From positions 9,171-59,572 of the forward strand of contig PFET01000008.1 of the NCBI GenBank assembly GCA_002793855.1: DNA of 50,402 bases, in the 5' to 3' direction. Below the pieces are notes generated by a model. That model was not told where the DNA came from and made no database searches. It saw only the letters and a program-made list of their open reading frames with translations. Below, piece after piece: positions 10,735 to 19,994 of this stretch (its first letter is position 1; each line of letters begins with the position of its first letter). The translations under genes were made by a program, and so were the position numbers. This DNA comes from Candidatus Uhrbacteria bacterium CG10_big_fil_rev_8_21_14_0_10_48_11. Lineage in GTDB: Bacteria; Patescibacteriota; Patescibacteriia; GWA2-46-9.

Positions 10735-11160
10735 CTAAAAGCCGACTATGTCAGTAGTCGAAGCAATTTGGGAAAGGATGAAGTAGGTAAGAATATAAGA
10801 ACCGAACATGACGGCTGCTCCTATAGTGGCGCTAATCATTTTTTTTCTGGCGTGCTCTACTTGTTCTTCATTGCCTCCGGCGGTCATCCACAAAATACCG
10901 CCGTGGACAACTTGCACAATAAAAAGCACACCAATAAAACCAACAAGGATATTAAGGTACAGCCCAAAAATTTCTAGAGGAGTAATTTTATCTGTGGTTG
11001 CCCCAGTTCGGAGACCCGCACTGTTTGCTACCTCTTGATAGCTGTTTTGAATGAGACCCGGTAAGCCGTTAGCGCCTGTTGTCGCAGCTGATGTCCCAAC
11101 AGGAAGTGACGCAAAAAAAAGAGTAATCGCGTAGAAGATTTGTTTGGTTGCTTTTTTCAT
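10735..11160 (-). CDS. VirB2/TrbC-like pilin 4
   Basis: HGGILWMTAGGNEEQVEHARK..ATIG. Confidence 0.8.
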   Translation of the reverse strand: MKKATKQIFYAITLFFASLPVGTSAATTGANGLPGLIQNSYQEVANSAGLRTGATTDKITPLEIFGLYLNILVGFIGVLFIVQVVHGGILWMTAGGNEEQVEHARKKMISATIGAAVMFGSYILTYFILSQIASTTDIVGF

Positions 11161-11164
11161 AGTT

Positions 11165-11578
11165 TTAGCTACAGCTTGTTACGCCAATTGTGCAGAGGAT
11201 CGTATTGATCAGAAAGTTGGTGCCAATATAAGCAGTAAAGACAATGATCACCCCGATAGCAGAGTTAAAGATAGTTGTCCGAGCCTTCTCTATTTTTTCC
11301 TCATTGCCTTCGGCTGTTAACCAAATTTCACCAGCACCAAAGATAGAAAGCATAAATATAACACCAGTAATACCGAGAACGGTTTTGACGATGCCCCCAA
11401 TGATTTCGTTAAGATTTCTATCTACATTTAAGCTTGCCTCTTCAGCTGTTTTGTTCAGGCCGTAATTTTCGCTGCTTGGGGAAGGCGACTGCGCAAACGC
11501 CGGTGCTACAACAAACACCCCGACAAGAAGTAGCGAGAGAGGAAAAGCAAGTACGGTTTTTTTAGCAGCAAAGGACAT
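11165..11578 (-). CDS. VirB2/TrbC-like pilin 3
   Basis: GAGEIWLTAEGNEEKIEKAR..SAIGVIIV. Confidence 0.8.
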   Translation of the reverse strand: MSFAAKKTVLAFPLSLLLVGVFVVAPAFAQSPSPSSENYGLNKTAEEASLNVDRNLNEIIGGIVKTVLGITGVIFMLSIFGAGEIWLTAEGNEEKIEKARTTIFNSAIGVIIVFTAYIGTNFLINTILCTIGVTSCS

Positions 11579-11594
11579 GGAATTCTATAGATAA

Positions 11595-11633
11595 TATTAC
11601 ACCCCTCAACCAAAAAAGGCGAGGGGTGTAATA
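11595..11633 (-). terminator. Stem-loop after pilin 2
   Basis: TATTACACCCCTC...GAGGGGTGTAATA 13-bp inverted repeat. Confidence 0.6.
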
Positions 11634-11652
11634 GAACGATAGTATAACGTGG

Positions 11653-12066
11653 TTATGAGGCAGTAACGCCTGTCGTCGTTTCAAGAATCGTGTTAATGAT
11701 GTAGCTGGCAATTGCGTAGGCGCTCAAAATAATAATGAGACCGATCAGCCCCGCAGTCAACGTTGCTCTAGCCGAGGACACGCGCTCTTCGTTTCCTGCC
11801 GCCGTCATCCACTGGAAGCCGCCGTAGAGAACAATTAACACTGCGACGATACCGAGGAAGCCGAGGAGGACACGAACGATTCTGGCGATAACGACGCGAA
11901 CGTCGCCATTGGCGTCACCGAGACCAATATTGTCTTTGATGTCGTTGAGCCCAAGATCGTCAGGGGAAAGCGTTCCGCTAGTGCTCTGCGCCAAAGCGAT
12001 AAATGGTGCCATCATTGCTACTGCAACACCGGTTGCCGCGAGTCGTTTGATGAGTTGTTTCTTCAT
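11653..12066 (-). CDS. VirB2/TrbC-like pilin 2 (candidate major subunit)
   Basis: YGGFQWMTAAGNEERVSSAR..GLIGLIIILSAY; SD GAGGAGGTGA upstream. Confidence 0.85.
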   Translation of the reverse strand: MKKQLIKRLAATGVAVAMMAPFIALAQSTSGTLSPDDLGLNDIKDNIGLGDANGDVRVVIARIVRVLLGFLGIVAVLIVLYGGFQWMTAAGNEERVSSARATLTAGLIGLIIILSAYAIASYIINTILETTTGVTAS

Positions 12067-12174
12067 GGTATCACCTCCTCTCAATCTCCCAGCGGGAGTT
12101 AAGGGTTAACAGTTCAACAATTATACTGTTGTTATCGTAGCGGTAAACAAACACAAGGTCAATGGTTGCGCGCA

Positions 12175-12621
12175 CTACGATCTCGGTACCTCCAAAACCG
12201 GTCGTTCAAATCCTGAGTTACTTGGGTTGTTAAAAAGGGTTGCTGGTTCACCAAGCGTGCCACCAGTGAGCGCGGTTGCAGCAAAATTGATGATGACCCA
12301 AGAGCCAAAAATAATAAGAAGTCCAATAAGGGCACCTTCAAAAACTTTTTTCCCGTGCTCAATTCGTTGCGCGTTACCGGTTGAAGTCATCCAGATGAGT
12401 CCACCATAGACAAAGACAAGGAGGGTAACGCTACCAACGACTTGTAGAATCTGATTGTAGATGTTAAGACCGAGCTGGATAAAATCGGTAATGCCACAGT
12501 TGGGTGCACCGAAGTCGGCGCAGCCCTGAGGGATGAGTCCGCTGTCAGCTGAAGCAAAAGCGACCGGCGCCAGAAGGAGTAGCAGAATGATAAACCTGTA
12601 GTACTGTTGACGACTCAGCAT
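12175..12621 (-). CDS. VirB2/TrbC-like pilin 1
   Basis: GLIPQGC..NCGITDF, YGGLIWMTSTGNAQRIEHGKK..ALIGLLIIFGSW. Confidence 0.8.
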   Translation of the reverse strand: MLSRQQYYRFIILLLLLAPVAFASADSGLIPQGCADFGAPNCGITDFIQLGLNIYNQILQVVGSVTLLVFVYGGLIWMTSTGNAQRIEHGKKVFEGALIGLLIIFGSWVIINFAATALTGGTLGEPATLFNNPSNSGFERPVLEVPRS

Positions 12622-12625
12622 AAGC

Positions 12626-13990
12626 CTATTGGATAGTTTGGTTAATGCGCTGGATAGTGTTGGCGACGGCAGATTTCAGGTCGGTCGTTCCATTAACGAC
12701 TGCTGTAATGAGGTCATCAAAGGATGCTTCCGCTGTCGCTGGATCGTTTCCTCTATACCAGCTTTGTGCAGTGAGCAGTTCTGAGGCGAATGGTTCACGA
12801 AGAGCGTCACCTTTCTGCTCGTCGATGAGCGACCGAAGGGCAGGTGGCTTACCAGAAGCGGCAAGGTAGGAGCGGTCGTTTTCTGCTTTTGCCGCAAACT
12901 GCAAGAAGTCCCAGGCGAGATCGGGGTGGGCAGATTTTTTTGAAACTGTTTCTACCCAGTAGTTAGCGAAGTTTACTTTGTTGTTGACGGCATCTGCTTG
13001 CGGAATAGGAGCAACCGCCCAATTCAACTGCGGTGCACGCGAACGGATAATGGGTATTTGATAACTATAGCCAAAGAAGAAGGCGACGCGACCGGAAGTA
13101 AAGGCTTCTAGTGCGTCCGGCATGGTGCTGTTCCACGTGTAGGCTTCTTTCGTAGGATTTGCAAAATCGGTGTAGAAGCGCAACGCTTCAAGTCCTGGTA
13201 CAAATGTTTTGTTTGGGAACTGTGCCGGTACGAGCTGGAAGGTTGCATACCCTCTGGCGTCTGTCATATTGGCCCCATTTTGCATCATCAGCACCGAGAG
13301 AATATCAGAGAAGCGAGGGATGTTGTTGGCGGTGCCGAGCGCACTTCCGGCAACCACGATTTGCCCGGCTTCGTTAAGTTTAGTGATGCGGGCGACTGCC
13401 TGCAAAAATTGTGTCCAATCTTCTGGTGGGGTAGCAATGCCAGCACTGTTCAGGATGTCTTTATTATAGAAGAGCGCTAGGGTATCAACGCCGAGCGGTA
13501 AGCCATATGCTTGCTCTTTGCCGTCACTACTTTGCCGAATGACGTCTTTTCCAACCGCATCAATGAACGCTTGGCGGATAGTTGAGGGACTGGCGGTGGG
13601 CTTAGTTTGCATTGCGTAATTAGGATTTTGCCCACTAGAAGTTGCGGTAGCGAGTGTGGTTGTTGCCGGTAGCGGTGTAATCTTTGATTGGTATTTGCCG
13701 ACCCACGTGTTATGAATGGAGAAGATATCCGGACCGCGGTCTTCGGCTAGCGCCTCTAAAAACTGCTGTTCGTACTCTTCGTAGCGCAGCATTTTGTACT
13801 TAATGGTTACATACGGATGGAGCGCGTGGTAGGCGTCGATGATGCCTTTCATAGTGTCTTCACTGTCAAAGACGCGCCAGTAGTTAAGTGTTACCGGCTT
13901 AGGGGTGACGCGTTGTTGGCAGCCAAGCCCCAGTGCCGGCAAGGCCAAGAAGAGGAGTAGCGGGAGGAGATTTCGAACGGTTTTCATCAT
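12626..13990 (-). CDS. Extracellular solute-binding lipoprotein (sugar ABC SBP family 1)
   Basis: Lipobox-like GLGC, GPDIF, YGLP..LALFYNKD, AWDFLQF. Confidence 0.85.
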   Translation of the reverse strand: MMKTVRNLLPLLLFLALPALGLGCQQRVTPKPVTLNYWRVFDSEDTMKGIIDAYHALHPYVTIKYKMLRYEEYEQQFLEALAEDRGPDIFSIHNTWVGKYQSKITPLPATTTLATATSSGQNPNYAMQTKPTASPSTIRQAFIDAVGKDVIRQSSDGKEQAYGLPLGVDTLALFYNKDILNSAGIATPPEDWTQFLQAVARITKLNEAGQIVVAGSALGTANNIPRFSDILSVLMMQNGANMTDARGYATFQLVPAQFPNKTFVPGLEALRFYTDFANPTKEAYTWNSTMPDALEAFTSGRVAFFFGYSYQIPIIRSRAPQLNWAVAPIPQADAVNNKVNFANYWVETVSKKSAHPDLAWDFLQFAAKAENDRSYLAASGKPPALRSLIDEQKGDALREPFASELLTAQSWYRGNDPATAEASFDDLITAVVNGTTDLKSAVANTIQRINQTIQ

Positions 13991-14847
13991 ACGCGTTTGA
14001 GGTAGCTGCGAAACGCACCTTTAAGTTCTGGATGCGCAAGCCCCATATCGACTGTTGCCTTAAGAAAACCCAGCTTGTCTCCACAGTCCAGCCGTTTGCC
14101 ACTGTGCGTATAGGCGTAGAGCGGATGGTTTTTTTGGTAGCGCGCAAAGGCATCCGCAATCCGTAGCTCGCTGCCCTTTTTAACTTTAATACCCTTTAAT
14201 GTTTTAAGAAGATTTGGGGTGATAATGGCGCGGCCAATGTTTGCGAGCCTTGAAGGCGCAATTTCAAGGGATGGCTTTTCTATAAATTGGTTAACGAGGT
14301 GGAGATTTGGTCGAATTTGTTCGCCACCAATAATACCAAAGCGGCTTACTTGCTGTCGGGGTATTTTGCTTACCGTTATGACTGGCGCTGAGAATTCTTC
14401 GTAGATTTTGATGACCTCAGCTAGGCATGGTGTTTTACTCTGAATAATTTCGTCCCCGTAAAGCATGGCGAACGGTTCGTTTTTGAGCAGGTTGTACGCT
14501 TCAAGAATCGCATGGCCGTCACCGAGCGGTTCTGGCTGGCGAATATAAATGAAGTTTGCAAAACGAGCAAGACGTTGAATTTCTTTAAGTGCTTTACGCT
14601 TGTTGTCGTGGCGAAGCCGAGTTTCTAATTCTAAGTTTCTGTCAAAATGGTCTTCGATGGCACGCTTACTTTGTCCAGTGATAATAATGATGTCCTTAAT
14701 GCCTGACGCTACTGCCTCTTCAACCACGTACTGAATAACGGGCTTATCGACAAGCGTTAGCATTTCTTTTGGTTGCGCTTTGGTGGCAGGAAGAAATCGC
14801 GTACCAAAACCTGCGGCTGGTATGACTGCTTTGGTAATCTGTTGCAT
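13987..14847 (-). CDS. galU: UTP--glucose-1-phosphate uridylyltransferase
   Basis: KAVIPAAGFGTRFLPATKAQPKEML, RQPEPLGDGHA. Confidence 0.93.
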   Translation of the reverse strand: MQQITKAVIPAAGFGTRFLPATKAQPKEMLTLVDKPVIQYVVEEAVASGIKDIIIITGQSKRAIEDHFDRNLELETRLRHDNKRKALKEIQRLARFANFIYIRQPEPLGDGHAILEAYNLLKNEPFAMLYGDEIIQSKTPCLAEVIKIYEEFSAPVITVSKIPRQQVSRFGIIGGEQIRPNLHLVNQFIEKPSLEIAPSRLANIGRAIITPNLLKTLKGIKVKKGSELRIADAFARYQKNHPLYAYTHSGKRLDCGDKLGFLKATVDMGLAHPELKGAFRSYLKRV

Positions 14848-14885
14848 AATAATAGTGTACCAGATGTTAGCGGTGTGATGCCAGC

Positions 14886-17792
14886 TTAAACCGTTTCTTC
14901 TTCGTCGATGATATCAAAGGGCAGCACGGGTGAAGGGTTCCACCACCAGCGGTAGGCGAGTGCGCCGGCTAGGGCAATAAGTCCAATGCCGGTTGCCAAA
15001 TAGTAGTTGATGCTCCACGGCGTTTCGGGCGGCGCCGTAACCACTGCAGTCGACGTAGTGGGCGTTGTAAGTTGCTGCGCAGCTACAATATCGTCGGCGT
15101 CGCGCGTCAGCAGGCGGAAGCCAGCGCTGGAGAGGCTAAGAATGCCGGTTACGGTAACTGGTGTGCCAACCGCATAGGGTCGTTTTTGGGTAACGCCGAC
15201 CGGCATTACCACGCGAATGGTTTTGTTTTCGGACGTAATAAGTGCAAAGCCAGTGCTGTTTCCTTTATCAACTGTCCCGTCAACCGCCATAAGCGTACCG
15301 AATTTTTCCGCCGTTTCTTGGTAGAGTTCTGCAACCAGCTCTGTGTCGTCGCCGCCTAATAGAGTTATTGCGTTCTCTTCGGTAACGCGAAGACGCGGTT
15401 CGCCGCTTACTAAGTGGAGGGAGCCGCTAACTTGTAGTCGGTCACCGCGGGCAATGGAGAGCGAAACAGTTGGGTCAAGATCGACGCGTAAGTTTTCGAT
15501 GCCGCTACTTGCTGTGATGTGGGTGAGGTAGAGCGCATTAGTAGCAAAGGTATTAGGCTCGGCAAGTACGGTGCCGGAAACAATCAGTTCACCGCCAGTC
15601 GGCGTCGTTATCGAGGACGCTTGGTCGACAGTATTTTTGGCCCCCGGTGTCGTGGTGGTTGTCCAAACCCAGACGTCATCTTCGTTTCTGGCATACGCGG
15701 TGCCGATGGTGCTGCTTGGGTAGGTTACACTATCAACCTCATCACCGTTTGCGTTAAGCAAGGTAACAGTGTCGCCAGTATTGTTGAGAGCGATGTGTGT
15801 TTGCGTTTTAGGAAGAAGGACGTAACCAAAAGCTGCTATCGAACTTGGTTCGGTAAGGGTGAAGCGACGACCGCTAGCGTCTTCAACACTCCAGCCGGCA
15901 AGTGAGATTGGCGTCGCGCCATCATTGTAGAGTTCTATCCATTCGTCATTGCCAGTTGGCGGGGAAGGGAACAGTTCGTTAAGCGTAAGGGCTGAGTGCG
16001 AAGTGCTTATGCCGGCGACGCGACCAGCTGGTGCGGTGGCGTTTTCGCCAACGGTAACCGTTTGCTGTATCTTTTTTTGATTCCCATGGTCGTCCGTAAC
16101 GGTGAGTGTTACCGGATACGTTCCGGCATGGGGGTACGTATAGACAACAACTTCTCCTGTGGCATTCGCGCCGTCACCAAGGAACCAGTTGTAGGTTAGC
16201 GGTTCGTGCTCTGGGTCAAAACTATCTTCCGCGCTCATTACCACCGCTTCGTTAAGTGCTACGTGCGTTGGTAGATAGAGGGTAGCAACGGGAGGTTTGT
16301 CTTTGTGCAGAAAAATATTAGCTTCTCCCGGCGTCGGAGTGGCCATCCATAGCCATCCCTGATCAGTGAGTGCAAAACTTTGGTTTTCGGGGGCGTCTTC
16401 TTTGTAGCGCGCGGTATCAGTTGCTCGTGTTTTGTTAGGCGCGATGAGTCGTACCGCATCACCACCAAAATTTTTTATGGCAATACGCGAAACCGACCGC
16501 GGCACAACAAAGTAGCCCCCCGCGTCTACCATAGTGCTAGAGAAATCGTCAGTGTTGATGGTGTAATGCTCACTGTCGCCAAGCGACAACTGCCAACCAG
16601 TGGCATCAATCGGCGCCGAGGCGGTGTTTAAGAGTTCTATAAACTCATCGTCCCCACTACCAAATGGGTTTGGTAAAAGTTCATTTATTTTAAGGCCAGA
16701 GGTTGCTACCGTGTTTTTTGTCGAGCTACTACCAGATTCTTCAGTGATGCCGTTTGGTAACCCTTTGGTTGGGGTTGTCGTCAGTGCAAAATCGGCAGCG
16801 TCATTGTTGGTTGACTCTCCATCAACAATGCGAGCAACAGCGTTTGGATCTTTGGCTGCTGGTGCGTTCGACTCGCCGGCATTCCAGTCGCCATAGGCAA
16901 TTTGGTCGACGGTTTCTCCGGACGGTCCTTTTATAATGATAGCGTCGCCACTATTGTTGAGCTGTCCTTTAGGTTGGGTAACTACTAAAAAGCCGCCCGC
17001 TTTTATCGATCCCGAAAGGGCAGTTACTTGTCCTGTTCCGTTAGCAAGCGTCCAACCGTCAGATGAAATGGTTGCGGTCGTGGTATTAAAAAGTTCTACC
17101 CATTCGGTGTCGTTGTCTGCCGGGTCGGAGACAAATTCGTTAATGCGTAGCGCTCCGGTTTGCGCTAGTGCCGGTCGAGGAACGCCACCACCACTGGCTA
17201 CCGGAGTCGGATTTTCTGGCGGCGGTGTCGGGGGTGCTTCTACTGGAATGGCGCCAGTAAGTTCAAAGTCAGCCGCGTTGTTGTCAGTGTCTTGTATTTG
17301 TTCGTTGGCGTAGCGACGACTTAATACTTGTCCGCTCTCTGGGTTGGGCGCTGCTGAGCCTTCAACATTGGTTGCTGAACCAAAACCAACCTTATCGATG
17401 ACGGTGTTGCCGTTGTCACTATAGAGAAGAATGGTGTTGCCGGCGGCGATCGAATTTTGTGTTGAGTAGGTTAGATCAGCAGTAACACTACCAGCGTAAT
17501 CACTACTTGCAATACGTAGAGCGCCCTTGCTGGCGATAGTGCTGTCAGGAAAGGTGGTCAAAAGGTTAGCGGTTGTTCCACTTGCAGTTTGCTTACTGAG
17601 TCGCCAGCCAGAAATCGAAACCGGTGCGTCAGTTGGGTTATAAAGTTCGACAAATTCGTCTTTGGCGCTTGTGCCGACAATTTGTATTTTTGCAATGACA
17701 ACATGAGTGACGGTTGCCGCATGGACAGTCGGAGAAATTGCCAGCGCGATTAAAAACGACGCGCTGATACCAAAAAGCATTACCCTTGTCAT
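14886..17792 (-). CDS. Secreted, membrane-anchored protein with four lamin-tail domains, PKD and OB-like regions
   Basis: Repeated INE..P....DEF/WIELYN motifs, DPEHEPLTYNW..GDG PKD segment, signal peptide, C-terminal TM. Confidence 0.85.
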   Translation of the reverse strand: MTRVMLFGISASFLIALAISPTVHAATVTHVVIAKIQIVGTSAKDEFVELYNPTDAPVSISGWRLSKQTASGTTANLLTTFPDSTIASKGALRIASSDYAGSVTADLTYSTQNSIAAGNTILLYSDNGNTVIDKVGFGSATNVEGSAAPNPESGQVLSRRYANEQIQDTDNNAADFELTGAIPVEAPPTPPPENPTPVASGGGVPRPALAQTGALRINEFVSDPADNDTEWVELFNTTTATISSDGWTLANGTGQVTALSGSIKAGGFLVVTQPKGQLNNSGDAIIIKGPSGETVDQIAYGDWNAGESNAPAAKDPNAVARIVDGESTNNDAADFALTTTPTKGLPNGITEESGSSSTKNTVATSGLKINELLPNPFGSGDDEFIELLNTASAPIDATGWQLSLGDSEHYTINTDDFSSTMVDAGGYFVVPRSVSRIAIKNFGGDAVRLIAPNKTRATDTARYKEDAPENQSFALTDQGWLWMATPTPGEANIFLHKDKPPVATLYLPTHVALNEAVVMSAEDSFDPEHEPLTYNWFLGDGANATGEVVVYTYPHAGTYPVTLTVTDDHGNQKKIQQTVTVGENATAPAGRVAGISTSHSALTLNELFPSPPTGNDEWIELYNDGATPISLAGWSVEDASGRRFTLTEPSSIAAFGYVLLPKTQTHIALNNTGDTVTLLNANGDEVDSVTYPSSTIGTAYARNEDDVWVWTTTTTPGAKNTVDQASSITTPTGGELIVSGTVLAEPNTFATNALYLTHITASSGIENLRVDLDPTVSLSIARGDRLQVSGSLHLVSGEPRLRVTEENAITLLGGDDTELVAELYQETAEKFGTLMAVDGTVDKGNSTGFALITSENKTIRVVMPVGVTQKRPYAVGTPVTVTGILSLSSAGFRLLTRDADDIVAAQQLTTPTTSTAVVTAPPETPWSINYYLATGIGLIALAGALAYRWWWNPSPVLPFDIIDEEETV

Positions 17793-17962
17793 AGCTTTTG
17801 GTTAAGAAATAAGGTTTTGCTAGTATACGTCCGCCACTTTGACAATAAAAGGTCGGGGTTTAAAGTTGGCTCGCAAGTGATGACACGGCATCACATTGTG
17901 AGCGTTGGAGTCATTTGCTTAGCAAGGTGGCGGAGGAACCGCCAACAACCAACTCGCTTCGG

Positions 17963-18004
17963 CGGGCAGAAGGCGGCTTCGCCGTTGCCTTCTGCCCGTT
18001 TTTT
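17963..18004 (+). terminator. Intrinsic terminator
   Basis: CGGGCAGAAGGC...GCCTTCTGCCCG followed by T6. Confidence 0.8.
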
Positions 18005-18044
18005 CTTGTTTTAAAAAATGGTCGGCGATATACTGCCTACTCGT

Positions 18045-18131
18045 GCCGGGGTGGTGGAATTGGTATACACGCAGGGTTTAGGACCCTGTGCCCGTAAGGG
18101 CTTGAGGGTTCGAGTCCCTCCTCCGGCACCA
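18045..18131 (+). tRNA. tRNA-Leu(TAG)
   Basis: Cloverleaf with CAGGG-TTTAGGA-CCCTG anticodon arm, long variable arm, GTTCGAGTC T-loop, CCA end. Confidence 0.95.
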
Positions 18132-18176
18132 ATAATGTCAGTTATGACTTTGTCATAACCTATAAAATATCAGTAG

Positions 18177-18232
18177 TCCCGCCAGCAGGCGGGGCACCAG
18201 GTACGTTTATCCCGCCAGCAGGCGGGGCACCA
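18177..18232 (+). repeat. Two 23-bp direct repeats of a mini-hairpin ending GGCACCA
   Basis: TCCCGCCAGCAGGCGGGGCACCA at 18177-18199 and 18210-18232. Confidence 0.85.
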
Positions 18233-18462
18233 TTTTTAAAATAATAGTCCTATCAATAACCCAAGTATCAGCAACAGAAGGATACAAAAAGCAAGCCCAA
18301 TGAGGGGCTTGCTTTTTTATTGGTTTTGTTGTAATTTCGCTTCAATCGGTCTTGCGAGACCAAATCAAAAGCAGGGGTGCCATCTTGCACAAAACACCGC
18401 CGCCCTGACAACAGGGCACCAGAAGCAAGAGGTTTATAAGGGGTTGGAAAAGAGGAAGAGGA

Positions 18463-18807
18463 ATGGAAAGAGCAACTGAGGAGGTCTCTCTTCTGTGTCA
18501 GGAGCTCTGTACGGTTACCTTCACCCACAAGTGGAGACGTGGCTGCGGAGCTCCCTGTCTCCACGTGCGGGTAGGGTACACGCTCAGTTGGTGCTGCGGA
18601 CCGATGAGCAGAGCAGAAGCGAAGGAGCGAATCGCCAAAGAAATCGAAGTAAAGAAAGGTATGCTGGTTGACACCAGAGAAGGCAGAAAACGCTTGCGTG
18701 TTTCTGCGCATTGGCGTCGACCCAGCCTTGAAGATTTCATCAATTCGCTTTTGGAGAAGGGCGTTGCAGTGCCCGTCTTCGAGCCGAGCCTACCAGAAGA
18801 GGAGTAA
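18463..18807 (+). CDS. Hypothetical protein
   Basis: Purine-rich RBS, 114 aa ORF, downstream hairpin near 18813-18849. Confidence 0.55.
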   Translation: MERATEEVSLLCQELCTVTFTHKWRRGCGAPCLHVRVGYTLSWCCGPMSRAEAKERIAKEIEVKKGMLVDTREGRKRLRVSAHWRRPSLEDFINSLLEKGVAVPVFEPSLPEEE

Positions 18808-18913
18808 GTCTGTGGAGGCGGTGCTGATGTTCGAACCAGCGCCGCCTCCAAATATTTTCTGAAGCAGTTTTTTGTGCTAAAATAAGCGGGTTAGCGGTCC
18901 AACAAGAATACCT

Positions 18914-19516
18914 ATGACTATCTCCTGGCTTGGCCAGAATTGTTTTAAAATAGAGGGCAAAAACACAACCGTTGTCATTGATCCATTCGAAGGTTCGACG
19001 GGTAATCGCATGCCAAAAACGGCGGCTGACTTATTGCTTCTCCCGCGCCCCTTCCCAGTAAAGGGCAGAGACTTTTTGAAGGACGATACCTTTACCATTG
19101 AATCCCCGGGGGAATACGAGGTAAAGGAGGTACTTGTTGAAGGGCAAGCAGCGGGTGCCAGCAAGGAAACCGTTTTTCATTTTGTGATTGATGGGGTGCA
19201 CTGTGGTCACCTTGGTAACCAAAAAATACTCGACGAGACAGCGGCGGAACTACTCGAAGGGGTAGACATTTTGTTTGTGCCAGTTGGTGGCAGCGAGGTA
19301 TTTTCACCAAGCGAAGCAGCCGAGGTTGTAAACAAAATTGAGCCGCGGGTTATCATTCCGATGCACTTCAAAGAACCGGCGGCGCCAAAACGTGAACCGG
19401 TGAACTCTTTTGCAAAAGAAGTGGGGCAGGCAAATGTCGAGCATCTTAAAAAATTTGCTGTGACCAAGAAAGATCTTCCCAATGACGAAACCAAACTCGT
19501 CGTCCTCGACGCTTAA
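18914..19516 (+). CDS. MBL-fold hydrolase-like protein (degenerate metal site)
   Basis: ISWLGQNCFKI, VIDPF, PGEYEV, ILFVPVGG, IIPMH; no HxHxDH. Confidence 0.8.
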   Translation: MTISWLGQNCFKIEGKNTTVVIDPFEGSTGNRMPKTAADLLLLPRPFPVKGRDFLKDDTFTIESPGEYEVKEVLVEGQAAGASKETVFHFVIDGVHCGHLGNQKILDETAAELLEGVDILFVPVGGSEVFSPSEAAEVVNKIEPRVIIPMHFKEPAAPKREPVNSFAKEVGQANVEHLKKFAVTKKDLPNDETKLVVLDA

Positions 19517-19988
19517 AAAGCCGTCGCGCAAAACCGACAGTTCTCGCCGCCGGCCGGCGACAACGGAGAAGCGCGTAAAGAAGCTTTCGGAAAAAGCACC
19601 AGAGGTTGTCGTGTCACCGATGAGCGAAACGTTCCCGCACCCTTCAGTATCAACCAATAATGAGACGAAGAAAATGGCGCTCTATACCGCAGTTTCGGTT
19701 TTTATGTTTTTGGTTGTGCTAGGCTGGGGGTGGTCACTTCGTTTTTCGCTTGAGGTGCCGCCATCCAGTGACCCCGCAGCGCAGGAGTTACAAAAAACAG
19801 TGGGAGAATTTTCTACACTCTTTCAGCAAACGGTAGATGATGCAAAAAAGTTGTCTGTCCCTACACCAACCGATGTTTCACCTGTGGCAAATAGCACCGC
19901 ACCAACACTGACACCGCAAGAGATTGAAAGTTTAAAACAAAAAGTGTTAGAGAATACTACAACCCAACACCTTCCCTCACAACCGTAA
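19482..19988 (+). CDS. Hypothetical single-TM protein
   Basis: Basic N-terminus, one TM helix, upstream of gyrA. Confidence 0.65.
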   Translation: MTKPNSSSSTLKKPSRKTDSSRRRPATTEKRVKKLSEKAPEVVVSPMSETFPHPSVSTNNETKKMALYTAVSVFMFLVVLGWGWSLRFSLEVPPSSDPAAQELQKTVGEFSTLFQQTVDDAKKLSVPTPTDVSPVANSTAPTLTPQEIESLKQKVLENTTTQHLPSQP

Positions 19989-19994
19989 TGTTTT

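Noticed and set aside
9449-12621. Pilins as additional DGR targets
   Set aside because: I found no nucleotide similarity to the TR by eye, and no second VR elsewhere in the window
18177-18232. Possible CRISPR array
   Set aside because: Only two repeats with a 10-bp spacer and no cas genes
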